A stretch of 38,798 bases of DNA, taken from positions 1 to 38,798 of IMG/VR virus record IMGVR_UViG_3300015370_000029; one strand, given 5' to 3'. This stretch comes from a virus (taxonomy: Duplodnaviria; Caudoviricetes). Made by a program: the position numbers and the translations under genes. Positions 16,949 through 26,362 of this stretch are shown here, in pieces (positions within the stretch are counted from its first letter, which is position 1; each line of letters starts with the position of its first letter). The notes under the pieces are model-generated. The model had not been told where the DNA came from. It was given only the letters and a program-made list of their open reading frames with translations, and ran no database searches.

Positions 16949-17101
16949 CTCCCTTCGGCTTCGCCGCTTTCCCCCAAATCGGAGAAGACGATTTAGGGGA
17001 AGAGCATGAAATTGTGCTATAATTTTGTTAGAAGGGGTACCACCCCGACCCTCCCCAAATGGGATCCTTCGCTAACACTCAGGACAGGTTTGGAGAGGGA
17101 G
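16949..17101 (+). repeat. Two hairpin repeats (16949-17004 type A; 17040-17101 type B with insert) flanking the -10 box
   Basis: CCCCCAAATCG/CGATTTAGGGG and CCCTCCCCAAAT/TTTGGAGAGGG stems. Confidence 0.85.
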
Positions 17102-17180
17102 ACAATCGAATAGTTTTATTGACCGACAGACATAAGAGACGGGTCTCAGCGATTTGCTGAGACCCGTCTCTTTTTGTTTC
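17015..17180 (+). promoter_or_regulatory. Putative late promoter (TGCTATAAT) plus structured leader, copy 2
   Basis: TGCTATAAT 17015-17023; CCGACAGACAT 17123-17133; 17-bp stem AAGAGACGGGTCTCAGC/GCTGAGACCCGTCTCTT with T-tract. Confidence 0.65.
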
Positions 17181-17227
17181 GACAGGCTCAACACGAGTTT
17201 GTCCACGTGCTAGGAGGCACGATCACC

Positions 17228-17902
17228 ATGTCAGACGATAATTCCCAAGCAGCAACCGAGGAGATCACCGAGGAAGCGCAAGTTCAAGAGACAGCTACCC
17301 CCGCAGAGGAGGTGAGCCCTCAAGCAGAACCGCAGACGGAAAAACCGCTTACAGCTGAAGACTACCGCCGTATCGCCCGGGAAGAGGCAAAGAAAGTGGC
17401 GCAGTCTCAGGTGGCAAAAGGTGAGAACCGCATCAATCAACGGATCCAGGAAAAGTTTGGCGCGCTCGAAGAAAGCAAGGGTGTGTTGAAACTATCAGAC
17501 GAACAGGTACAGCAGGCGAGGCGTGACATCGTAACAGATGCCTACTCTGAGCCGGCGGCGCAGACGGGAGCGCCTGCACCTGTAGCTGGTGATCCGATCC
17601 AGGTATTGAACGGTTATCTCGGCGCAGTTTTTGAAGAGGTTGGGACCGCTGTAACAGCCAATGATCCGGAGTTCAAAGGACTTCAGGAAGCCATTGACGT
17701 AGCGTGGACGATTGACGGACCGCAGGGTTTGGTCAAGGTCCAGCGCGCAGCGATCAAAGCCGCAGAGTCAAAGGCTGCACGGCTGGAAGCACAGAGGAAG
17801 AATGCCGCAGCCCGCGTGGCGGGAGGCGGAGAAGGCAACACCTCCGGCGCAAGTCCTGCTTCAAGCGCAAATGAGTTATGGAATAAGGCGTACAAAAAGT
17901 AG
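17228..17902 (+). CDS. Capsid scaffolding protein (probable start MSDDN)
   Basis: Acidic disordered N-terminus, coiled coil, G/S linker and short C-terminal helix; AGGAGG RBS; precedes the capsid gene. Confidence 0.7.
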   Translation: MSDDNSQAATEEITEEAQVQETATPAEEVSPQAEPQTEKPLTAEDYRRIAREEAKKVAQSQVAKGENRINQRIQEKFGALEESKGVLKLSDEQVQQARRDIVTDAYSEPAAQTGAPAPVAGDPIQVLNGYLGAVFEEVGTAVTANDPEFKGLQEAIDVAWTIDGPQGLVKVQRAAIKAAESKAARLEAQRKNAAARVAGGGEGNTSGASPASSANELWNKAYKK

Positions 17903-17938
17903 GCAAGAGGCTGGAGGATCTAAACATGGAGAATCCAG

Positions 17939-18907
17939 ATGGCAAATGAATTTACCCTGGCAGATTACGAGCGTACTGCGCCAGATAACCTAAACAAAGC
18001 AGTCGCACGAACATGGCGAGAAGCAAGTCCGATCCTCGACATGCTGAAGTTCCGTACCTCGGGCAATTTGAGCGAGAAAGTGTTGCGCTTCAATTCCCTG
18101 AGCAATATCCCGTGGCGCAAGATCGGCGAGTCATTCGTCCAGAGCAAGGTGAATCCCGAACCCATCGAGGAACGTTTGTTCTTCATGGGCGCGAAGATTG
18201 ACGTACCGTATGAGTACGTGAAAGCCACCTCGCTGATTGACCTGCGCGCGGCACAGACCGAGGCGATCATGAAGGGCGCAGCCTTTGCGTTCAATGACGC
18301 CTTCTTCAACAACACTCCCAGCACAGACGAAGACGCGATCGTGGGCATGTGGTACCGCATCATCAATGACCTGGGATCAGGTCAGTACATGGATGCGAAC
18401 CTGGATGTATCCCCTGATACATCCACGACCAGCTGGCAGCACAAGATGTTCGATGCGGTGGATCAACTGTTGAGCCTGGTTGACGGCAACCCCGGCGATA
18501 AGGTGCTCTTCATGGGCAAAACCCTGATGAGGCGCTTCAACGCTGCAATGCGTTCGTCCCAACTACTTGACACCACGAAAGACCAACTCGGGCGCGTGTT
18601 CACCACCTACGGTCCGGGCGGCCCCAAAGTGATTGCCGCGGGCACGACCTACGATCAATCCACTGAAATCCTGACCGATGTGGCAACCGGCATCACCTCC
18701 CTGACCGGCAGCACAGACAGCCTGATGTATTGTGTGCGCTTTGGCGCTCCGTATGTTGAGGGTTGGTGCCAGGAAAAACCATCCGCAGAGGATGTTGGCA
18801 TGACCGAAGATCGCGTGAACTACCGTACGGTGGTGCGCTTCTCGCCTGGATTATTCATGACCAGTCCACGTTCCGCGGCATTGGCCTACAACTGGACAGC
18901 GGCGTAA
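17939..18907 (+). CDS. Major capsid protein
   Basis: 322 aa; TLADY...SPILDMLKF...WRKIGE...G(A)KIDV pattern of HK97-fold capsids; follows the scaffold. Confidence 0.85.
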   Translation: MANEFTLADYERTAPDNLNKAVARTWREASPILDMLKFRTSGNLSEKVLRFNSLSNIPWRKIGESFVQSKVNPEPIEERLFFMGAKIDVPYEYVKATSLIDLRAAQTEAIMKGAAFAFNDAFFNNTPSTDEDAIVGMWYRIINDLGSGQYMDANLDVSPDTSTTSWQHKMFDAVDQLLSLVDGNPGDKVLFMGKTLMRRFNAAMRSSQLLDTTKDQLGRVFTTYGPGGPKVIAAGTTYDQSTEILTDVATGITSLTGSTDSLMYCVRFGAPYVEGWCQEKPSAEDVGMTEDRVNYRTVVRFSPGLFMTSPRSAALAYNWTAA

Positions 18908-18908
18908 G

Positions 18909-18951
18909 CCCCACCCCTGCCCCTCCCCAAATGAGTACATTTGGAGAGGGG
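18909..18951 (+). repeat. Dispersed hairpin repeat type B
   Basis: CCCCACCCCTGCCCCTCCCCAAATG-AGTA-CATTTGGAGAGGGG after the capsid stop. Confidence 0.9.
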
Positions 18952-18970
18952 AGGAAAAAGGAGAAATGAC

Positions 18971-19336
18971 ATGGATACAAATTTAGTTTTACGCGATGGG
19001 ACAAGCAACCTGACCGCCGACGAGTCTTTGACAGCGGTCCTGGTTGGTCCGATGGTGAAACCGTTATGGCTGCACGTGGTTGTCCCGTCTATTACTTCAA
19101 CCGACACGCTGGACGTGGAGTTGGAGTTCAACGATGACGGCAGCACGGAGATTGACAACCAGAACATGAAGCAGATCACAGCCGCCGGGCACTTTGCTAT
19201 TCCGTTTTTCACGCTGCACAATTACCTGCTGGTCAAGTTGAACATCACTGACGTAGGTGGTGGCGGTTTTTCGAGCGGCGCGACGAAGGTGTGGATTGAT
19301 AATGCCAGCCGCTATGACGGCGCATACCTGACCTAA
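18971..19336 (+). CDS. Putative capsid decoration/cement protein
   Basis: MDTNLVL start, beta-rich, directly after the capsid gene. Confidence 0.5.
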   Translation: MDTNLVLRDGTSNLTADESLTAVLVGPMVKPLWLHVVVPSITSTDTLDVELEFNDDGSTEIDNQNMKQITAAGHFAIPFFTLHNYLLVKLNITDVGGGGFSSGATKVWIDNASRYDGAYLT

Positions 19337-19348
19337 AGGAGGTCTACC

Positions 19349-20110
19349 ATGCCTGAAATTGATGTATTAGATAACGTATGGAAGATCGCTCCTCCAACGG
19401 GTAAGGATCTATGGCTCGATACTTCGGGCACAGAGGGCAAGATCCACCTGAAGGGACCCACCCTGGCTGAAGAGTTGTTCAAACTCAATGCGGCTGGCGG
19501 AGCCGACCCTGCCAACGCCCTGCTTATGGGTGTAGGCACAAGCGCTGACCCTGCCACGACCGCCGTTGCTAGTAAGAACTTCATTGAACTTCGCACTCAA
19601 TCGAGTGCGACCAGTGGAGATAGCCGCTCTGTTTATCTGCGGCACAACCTTTCGGGCGCGGGTCAGAGTGGCGAGTGCATCCGTGCATTCACCGACCTGA
19701 CCGCGGCTGTAGCAACCGCGCGAGGCGCGCAGATCAGCCTGCAAGTTGGGTCAACCGGCTACGTGAGCGGGTTGGGCGTGGGCGTTGACGCGCAGTTGTA
19801 CGTCAAAGGATCCATTGTCCCGGCGGGCGGAACGTATGCCGTGCTGAATGCTGAGATCTACGGTGAGGCAAGCGCTGACATTTCCGCTGTGACCTCCCTG
19901 GCATACATTCGCGCCGTGAATAACGGTAATGCGACTGCTATGGGAATAGTGGACGACAAAGCCTACTTGATGTCCATTGTTGGACATACCGTTGGGGCTG
20001 GAAACATGGTTGTTGCATCCGTAACCGAGGCAAATTATTCACATGCCGCACGCTGCTATCTTGCTGGCGTTGGAGATGTGTGGTTGATGTTTGCCAGTGC
20101 GTCTGGATAG
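19349..20110 (+). CDS. Putative virion structural protein (Ala/Gly/Ser-rich)
   Basis: AAGGAGG RBS; composition and position. Confidence 0.5.
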   Translation: MPEIDVLDNVWKIAPPTGKDLWLDTSGTEGKIHLKGPTLAEELFKLNAAGGADPANALLMGVGTSADPATTAVASKNFIELRTQSSATSGDSRSVYLRHNLSGAGQSGECIRAFTDLTAAVATARGAQISLQVGSTGYVSGLGVGVDAQLYVKGSIVPAGGTYAVLNAEIYGEASADISAVTSLAYIRAVNNGNATAMGIVDDKAYLMSIVGHTVGAGNMVVASVTEANYSHAARCYLAGVGDVWLMFASASG

Positions 20111-20122
20111 TTCGTATTAGTG

Positions 20123-20156
20123 GGGACTGTGTAGAGATGCACAGTCCCTTTTTTTT
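20123..20156 (+). terminator. Rho-independent terminator
   Basis: GGGACTGTG-tagagatg-CACAGTCCC followed by T8. Confidence 0.85.
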
Positions 20157-20170
20157 GAAGGGAATCCCCC

Positions 20171-20464
20171 ATGAAAAATATCACCTTGAAAATAGTTGAA
20201 GTTGAGATGGATGGGAAGCCGGTAAAACTATCCTACAAGGCGCAGATCATCGAGTTGATGCGCGCGCCCTCGGGAGACAAGGGAGCGGACATCGAAGAGA
20301 TCAGACGTTCGATCAAGATTTTGGATGCGCTGGATACATGCAAAGGGGATGTGCTGAAGCTGGAAGATGCAGACTTTGAATTTATGAAAAGCAAAATACT
20401 TCATGCGCGCTGGCCGTTTATTGACAAGTACATCCAGGCGTTCGTGGACGATGTGACGAGTTGA
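20171..20464 (+). CDS. Hypothetical protein (assembly chaperone-like)
   Basis: 97 aa acidic helical ORF with an LKLEDADFEF motif. Confidence 0.55.
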   Translation: MKNITLKIVEVEMDGKPVKLSYKAQIIELMRAPSGDKGADIEEIRRSIKILDALDTCKGDVLKLEDADFEFMKSKILHARWPFIDKYIQAFVDDVTS

Positions 20465-20520
20465 CCCCCCTGCCCTAAAGGGCATCCCCCCAAATCGGAG
20501 AACGCGATTTAGGGGGAGAG
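20464..20520 (+). repeat. Dispersed hairpin repeat type A
   Basis: ACCCCCCTGCCCTAAAGGGCATCCCCCCAAATCG...CGATTTAGGGGGAGAG. Confidence 0.9.
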
Positions 20521-20528
20521 GATAGGAA

Positions 20529-21644
20529 ATGACAACAGTCTATGACATTTCGCTGCAAGTAATGAAGCAAGCGACCGACGTGCTGGAGGGGACGGCGACG
20601 GACGGCTCTGCGACGTATTTGAAGGACGTGGAGTTATTGATTCAGCCGAATCAATACTACGACCGCGGGACGTTATGGATCAAGAACCTGGCACACGCCA
20701 GCAAGGTGCTGAAGGTGAGGGGTCACGCGAATAATAAGCTGACCTTCAACCCTTTGACTTCTGTTTTGTGCGTGCAGCAGGTGGAGACCGCGACTGTGGT
20801 TGGGACGGTGACGGGCAGCGGGAATGCGACCGTGATCGTGACTGCCTTGAACATGGTGAACAGCCCGAAGACGGTCAGTGTGGCGGTGTTGAATACGGAT
20901 ACCGCCTCGCAGGTGGCGACGAAGATCCGCACGGCTTTTGCGGCGGACACAGATGTCAACAATTTCTTTACCATTGGCGGCAGTGGGGCGGCTGTGATCC
21001 TGACGACCAAGATCGCCAGGGCGAACGACACGACCTTGAATGTGAGTATTGACAATGGAACTTGCACAGGACTGACGGCTGCGCCGACAAGCGCGAACAC
21101 TATAGCTGGGGTGGCAGGTCCACGTTATGCGGTGGCGCGGGGGATATATCCGTGGGAGCAGGTATTGGCGGCTATTCAGTCCGCGTTGGACGAGACACAC
21201 GTGACGGGCGAGGATGAGACCTTGATCGGGGATGGAGAGACGCTGGAGTTCAGCCTGCCGGCGGGAGTTTATGATGTGAAAAGGGTGGAGTTCGAGAGAC
21301 CAAGCGTGACCGGGTATCAGGGTATCTCGACGCACTGGCATGAGAAGATGGGGAAACTGCGTTTTGATTATGGGTATGCGCCGGTGGATGCCGATGTGAT
21401 CCATGTCTTTTATCGCAAAAACCATGACGAGATCAGCGCGTATGGCGACACGATCCATGTGGAGATCAACCGTGACTGGCTGGTATTGGCGGCGGCGCGG
21501 GAGCTGCTGTTTTGGGGGGCGGGGGAATATGGAGCCAAGAGTGAGTACATGATCGAAGAGCGGCTGAACAAGGTCTTGAATGCGTTGAAGGGCAAGGCGG
21601 CGCGACTGGGCGGACCGGATGTGATCGTGCAGACGGGAGGCTAA
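20529..21644 (+). CDS. Putative head-tail adaptor with an inserted Thr/Val-rich beta domain
   Basis: GTATDGS N-terminus, EFSLP and LVLAAA C-terminal elements; position before the large tail protein. Confidence 0.55.
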   Translation: MTTVYDISLQVMKQATDVLEGTATDGSATYLKDVELLIQPNQYYDRGTLWIKNLAHASKVLKVRGHANNKLTFNPLTSVLCVQQVETATVVGTVTGSGNATVIVTALNMVNSPKTVSVAVLNTDTASQVATKIRTAFAADTDVNNFFTIGGSGAAVILTTKIARANDTTLNVSIDNGTCTGLTAAPTSANTIAGVAGPRYAVARGIYPWEQVLAAIQSALDETHVTGEDETLIGDGETLEFSLPAGVYDVKRVEFERPSVTGYQGISTHWHEKMGKLRFDYGYAPVDADVIHVFYRKNHDEISAYGDTIHVEINRDWLVLAAARELLFWGAGEYGAKSEYMIEERLNKVLNALKGKAARLGGPDVIVQTGG

Positions 21645-21647
21645 GAG

Positions 21648-24329
21648 ATGGCGCAGATCCGTGTATCCCCGACCGAGCCCAATCCGACTCATCACTTCGC
21701 AGTTAGCAACCGATCAGGCAAAAGACTGGGGTTGACCGTCTGCGAGCAGGATGGGACGCCGAAGGGTTTGTATGCCAAAGATATTGATGTCAAACAGCCT
21801 GAGGATACGACGGCGAATAAACAAACCAGCGGGGCAAGCAGTTACGACATTTTTGATTTGCCTTATTCCCCAATTGTGCAGGACGACCTGAGCGGCGGGC
21901 GGGGAGCGTTGGATTTCGAGAGGGACAACACCAAGTATTTCGACAGTTATCGTTGTTTATCGGGCAGGGCGAATAAAGCCTATGCGGGGCCGTTGGAACA
22001 GTATGCCAGCGGGCTGAGGAGCCAGGATCAATCCATACCGGGCAGTGTGGATTTTGTGAAATTGACGGATACGAACAGATATATCTATAAACGTTTTCAG
22101 GCAAGCGCGAATTACACGGCAGCGCGGGTTTGGAATTTGATCAGCAATAGGGGCGTGCCTGGGGATCTGACGGTGGCGATCTACTCGGACAATGCCGGGG
22201 CGGTGAACACTTTGCAGACCAGCATCACAGTATCCTATACGCGCATGGCGGACATCCTGAGCGAGTGGTTGAATGAGACGCTTTCGCAGGTGTTGACGAT
22301 TGGAACTTTTTACTGGCTGGTGATATACGGAGCGGCAGGGGATGAAGAAAAGAAACATTGGCGGGTGGCGGTGAAGGAGACGGCTGGTACGACCTACGCC
22401 TCGAGCACGTTCACAACCACGCCGGCTGCTGCTGCGTTTGATCTGTATTTTCGCCTGACCGACGCAGACAGCGACAAGACCTGCATCCCGTTCGAGTACA
22501 AAGAGGGACAGTATTTTGTGATCTCAAGCGTGAGCGGCGCGCCGAAGATCGTGATGGTGGGCGACAGAGGAGCGGCGGATGCCAACACTGGGCAATTGAC
22601 CAAACTACTCGATGCGACCAAGAGTTGGACGACCAACGAATGGGTGGGGAGCGTGGTGTTGATCACAGATGGATTAGGCAAACTGGAACAAATACCATGG
22701 AGAACAGTGACAGCCAACGATGGCAACAGCCTGACGCTGGATACAGCCTGGACGATCACACACGACACGACCACGGAATATGTAATATTGGGAACAAAGG
22801 TGAAGGAGATCACAGGGCATGGATTGAGCGCGCCGGTGACAAGCGTGCTGGTCAGCACGACGGGAGTGATCTATTTTTGCATGGGCGACAGCGTGACAGT
22901 GCGCAGGTTGAGGGCGTTCAACGATGCGGGCACGTGGAAAGACTTCAACCATGCGGACTGCTATGCTGATGAGACTGCTGGCACGAAGGCGGTCTTCATG
23001 GCTTACAAGCCGCAGGCGCAGAAGATCGTGATCGCCAACAACTCGGATGCGAGCGGGAATGTGTCATGCGCTACATCGAGCAATGCCAGCATCCCAGCCT
23101 GGGGCGTGGCATTGACCTGGAGCGCGGCGGTCAATGTGGACAGCAAATACAGGCGCATCAATGGACTGGCAGAATATCCAGACGGGGGCGGGGCGGAAGC
23201 CGTATGGGTACTCAAGGAGGACTTACCGTTTATTTTACCGGGCAGCGGCAATCCGATACCTGCCAACATCAATGAAATGAAAACCGTGCGGTCGCCATAC
23301 AACGGCAGGAACCCGATGCGCTACGGCTACTATTTGTATTTCCCGGTGCAGCAGGGGTTGGTGCGATATTACGCCGGAGAGTTCTTGTCCGTCGGTCCCA
23401 ACCTGGACGAGGGACTGCCTGCCAACCGACGGGGACCGATCTCTGCGATGCTGGGCTATCCGGGGAAATTCTTTATCGCAGTGGACGCAGGCGCGAGTGG
23501 GTATTCATCCGTGTTGGACAGCGGTGGATGGCATGAACGCTACCGCGCACCGAAGGGTCAACGTATATTGGCAATGGCTTTCCAGGTGATCCCAGGCGGG
23601 GTGCTTGATCGTTTGTGGTTGTACCAGGGCAATGACCTGGTTTATCTGCCTTTCCCAAGCGACAGCACGAATGAATTGGAAGACCCGAATTATGAACATA
23701 CGCCGGAATGGTCGGTGGAGTTGTGCTGGATGCACGCGGGTATCTATGACGTGCAGAAATTGGTGAAGAAATTAAAACTGCAAACGGAGGGATTGGAAAC
23801 AGACGCAAGCACAGGTAGACCGATCTGTTGGATCGAGTTGGATTACAAGCTGGACGATACAGAGTGGGTCACGATCGAGGATATTTTCTCCATCAGTCCG
23901 ACGCAGGAAGTGGATTTCACGAATATTTACGGTGTGGCGGGACGGCGTTTGAAATTTAGAATGCGAGGTTATACGAGGGACAAGACCAAGACAGCGGCAT
24001 TTTTAGCGATCATCATCAGCGCGGTGGTAAGGGTGGACGTAAAGAGTTTCTACGGTCCGTTCACGTGCCTGGTGCAGGATGACGAGCAGGTGAAGGGTTT
24101 GCGCGAGAAGGATAATATGAGCGCGGCAGAGAAGCTGCAAACACTGGAGGATTGGGGGGACGCCTCGAATAATTCGATGCTGCTGCTGGAGTCTGTGTCC
24201 GCGTTGTGTCATAAGAAAATGGTGATGATGAACATGGGCACGCAGCGGCAGGTGGGCTTCAAGGCCGTGAGCGGCAGTGAGTTCACGAGTGATGCGCATG
24301 TGGTGAGCGTGACGTTCCAGGATGCTTAG
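21648..24329 (+). CDS. Putative tail tubular/nozzle protein
   Basis: 893 aa, beta-rich; QDDLSGGRG N-terminal motif; podovirus-like position. Confidence 0.55.
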   Translation: MAQIRVSPTEPNPTHHFAVSNRSGKRLGLTVCEQDGTPKGLYAKDIDVKQPEDTTANKQTSGASSYDIFDLPYSPIVQDDLSGGRGALDFERDNTKYFDSYRCLSGRANKAYAGPLEQYASGLRSQDQSIPGSVDFVKLTDTNRYIYKRFQASANYTAARVWNLISNRGVPGDLTVAIYSDNAGAVNTLQTSITVSYTRMADILSEWLNETLSQVLTIGTFYWLVIYGAAGDEEKKHWRVAVKETAGTTYASSTFTTTPAAAAFDLYFRLTDADSDKTCIPFEYKEGQYFVISSVSGAPKIVMVGDRGAADANTGQLTKLLDATKSWTTNEWVGSVVLITDGLGKLEQIPWRTVTANDGNSLTLDTAWTITHDTTTEYVILGTKVKEITGHGLSAPVTSVLVSTTGVIYFCMGDSVTVRRLRAFNDAGTWKDFNHADCYADETAGTKAVFMAYKPQAQKIVIANNSDASGNVSCATSSNASIPAWGVALTWSAAVNVDSKYRRINGLAEYPDGGGAEAVWVLKEDLPFILPGSGNPIPANINEMKTVRSPYNGRNPMRYGYYLYFPVQQGLVRYYAGEFLSVGPNLDEGLPANRRGPISAMLGYPGKFFIAVDAGASGYSSVLDSGGWHERYRAPKGQRILAMAFQVIPGGVLDRLWLYQGNDLVYLPFPSDSTNELEDPNYEHTPEWSVELCWMHAGIYDVQKLVKKLKLQTEGLETDASTGRPICWIELDYKLDDTEWVTIEDIFSISPTQEVDFTNIYGVAGRRLKFRMRGYTRDKTKTAAFLAIIISAVVRVDVKSFYGPFTCLVQDDEQVKGLREKDNMSAAEKLQTLEDWGDASNNSMLLLESVSALCHKKMVMMNMGTQRQVGFKAVSGSEFTSDAHVVSVTFQDA

Positions 24330-24348
24330 AACCCCAGCCCCCCTGCCG

Positions 24349-24428
24349 ACCCCCCTGTCACCGAGTACGGTGACATCCCCCCAAAATGAGATCCTTCGCT
24401 GCGCTCAGGACAAGTTTTAGGGGGAGAG
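24349..24428 (+). repeat. Hairpin repeat type A with insert, upstream of the DUF559-like gene
   Basis: ACCCCCCTGTCACCGAGTACGGTGACATCCCCCCAAAAT-GAGATCCTTCGCTGCGCTCAGGACAA-GTTTTAGGGGGAGAG. Confidence 0.9.
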
Positions 24429-24435
24429 GATTGAG

Positions 24436-24891
24436 ATGGCGAAAAAAAAGTTGTTTAGTTTTTCGAGGCAGGCATCCATCTTGAAGCCAAAGGCGCGGTC
24501 GGTGCGGGCTGAGAAGTTGAAGGATGAAAAAGACGAGCCGCCGTTTTATATCCTCGGGCAGGTGGCGGACTCGAAGGATGAGTGGTGGGTAAGCCTGGCG
24601 CTGGAGAAGATCGTGGCGGAGACCGGCTGGACTTGGGATTACCAGGTGCCGGTGTATGGCGGGCGGACTCGCTCCGGCGGGAACATCATAGACTTCCTGG
24701 TTCATAATCCTGGCAGGTGGACCATACTTGATCCAATGGGTAGATGGTTCCATACCGGGCGTCGAGAGGATCGCCGGCAAATGCAGGAAGTGGCGAGGCG
24801 TAAGAAATATAGATTGATCGCCTGGTTCACGGATGAGACGCCGACACGGGAAAGTGTGTATGTTTATTTGAGAGATCAATTGTATGTGTGA
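24436..24891 (+). CDS. DUF559/Vsr-like PD-(D/E)xK nuclease
   Basis: SKDEWWVSLAL...YQVPV.GG...IIDFLV...ILDPMGRWFH...D pattern; hairpin repeats on both sides. Confidence 0.6.
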   Translation: MAKKKLFSFSRQASILKPKARSVRAEKLKDEKDEPPFYILGQVADSKDEWWVSLALEKIVAETGWTWDYQVPVYGGRTRSGGNIIDFLVHNPGRWTILDPMGRWFHTGRREDRRQMQEVARRKKYRLIAWFTDETPTRESVYVYLRDQLYV

Positions 24892-24896
24892 GCCTT

Positions 24897-24959
24897 ACCC
24901 CCCTGTCGCTGACGCGACATCCCCCCATCCTTCGGCTACCGCTCTGGATAGGGGGAGAG
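24897..24959 (+). repeat. Hairpin repeat type A, downstream of the DUF559-like gene
   Basis: ACCCCCCTGTCGCTGACGCGACATCCCCCCATCC...GGATAGGGGGAGAG. Confidence 0.9.
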
Positions 24960-24969
24960 GAGAAAAAAT

Positions 24970-25326
24970 ATGACAGAGATAATTACACGATTCCCGATCA
25001 TTTGGGATGCGATACTGGTGCGCGGCGGAGATTGGGGTCAGACGATCTTATTGCGCGCGGATGACGGGGTGACGCCGAAAGATACGACGGGCTACTCGAT
25101 GACGATGACGATTAGGAAGAGTCATCCAAACGGGGAGGTGTACGATACCCTGAGCACAGCCAACGGGCGGATTGTGCACACGCCTTCCAACGGGCAATTC
25201 AACCCTAAACTGACAGCGGCGGAGATAGACGCATACGATTTCACGTCGGCTGTGCGGCGTATTGTCTACGACGACGGCGCAGGCAACACGACGCCCTTCG
25301 CCATCGGCGACGTGAGGGTGGTGTAG
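24970..25326 (+). CDS. Fibre-attachment/BppU-N-like structural protein
   Basis: RGGDW...DTTGYSMTMTIRK...LSTANGRI...G.VRV pattern. Confidence 0.55.
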   Translation: MTEIITRFPIIWDAILVRGGDWGQTILLRADDGVTPKDTTGYSMTMTIRKSHPNGEVYDTLSTANGRIVHTPSNGQFNPKLTAAEIDAYDFTSAVRRIVYDDGAGNTTPFAIGDVRVV

Positions 25327-25327
25327 T

Positions 25328-26362
25328 ATGTACGCCATATTGAAAGAACAGGTAGCGGCGTATGCCCTACAAGAGCAGGTAGTGAGGGTGGTGCGGATCG
25401 AGGATTATTCGATCCCGAGCGGGATGTTGGAATCTACCTTCACGGAGGCGGGTCAGTTGTTGGGCAGTGATGGGGCAAGTTCGCCGGCAACGATTGCTCA
25501 ACCGACCGTGGAGGGAGATATTTTACGGGCGCGGCTGGGTCAGACTGTGAAAATGGCGTGGGAGACGGTTGACCTGGCGCAGTTGGTGCAGACGGCGGTG
25601 AAGACGGGGGCATACACGGCGATCAACAACGATCATGTGCTGGTGGATGCAAGCGGAGCGGGCGCGGATTTTGAGATCGCGCTGCCAGCCACGCCGGCGG
25701 CCGGGAACAAGGTGCGCGTGACGATGGTGGCGGAGCACGCTACTTATAAGGTGACGATCGGGAGGAACGGGTCACTGGTGAACGGGGGGACAAGCACGAC
25801 CGACCTGAGCCTGGTCAAGAAAGGGGACTCTGTTTATTTTGAATATACCGGCGCGACGCTGGGATGGAGTACTCTGCCGAAGTCAGTACACAATGCCATT
25901 AACACAGCCACAGCCAAAACAACTCCCGTTGATGCAGACAGGTGGGGGATTTGGGATAGCGTAAGCGGGTTACTAAACCACGTCACATGGGCGAATATCA
26001 AGGCAACGCTGAAAACATATCTGGATACGTTGTATATGGGACTGACCAATGCAACTACTGTTGCATCTTCCGCTGCGCCTGCGCCTGTTGGCAGTTACGA
26101 GCGCAACTTATTCACGGTGACCGCGCTGGCAGAAGCGGCTACGTTCGCCGCTCCAAGTGGAACGCCAGTGAATGGCAATATGCTTTTGGTTAGAATACTT
26201 GATAACGGCACAGCCAGGGCGTTGGCCTACAACGCTATTTATCGTGCTGTTGGTGTAACGTTAAAAACGACAACTGTGATTAGCAAGACACAGTATTTTC
26301 TGGCTGTTTATAATTCCGCCGCTAGTAAGTGGGATGTAATCGCTGTGGGTGAGCAGGCATGA
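25328..26362 (+). CDS. Tail fibre protein (mosaic)
   Basis: KTGAYTA...LPATPAAG...IGRNGS module, TAKTTPVDAD...TWANIKATLKTY module and GTPVNG...KWDVIAV C-terminus. Confidence 0.7.
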   Translation: MYAILKEQVAAYALQEQVVRVVRIEDYSIPSGMLESTFTEAGQLLGSDGASSPATIAQPTVEGDILRARLGQTVKMAWETVDLAQLVQTAVKTGAYTAINNDHVLVDASGAGADFEIALPATPAAGNKVRVTMVAEHATYKVTIGRNGSLVNGGTSTTDLSLVKKGDSVYFEYTGATLGWSTLPKSVHNAINTATAKTTPVDADRWGIWDSVSGLLNHVTWANIKATLKTYLDTLYMGLTNATTVASSAAPAPVGSYERNLFTVTALAEAATFAAPSGTPVNGNMLLVRILDNGTARALAYNAIYRAVGVTLKTTTVISKTQYFLAVYNSAASKWDVIAVGEQA

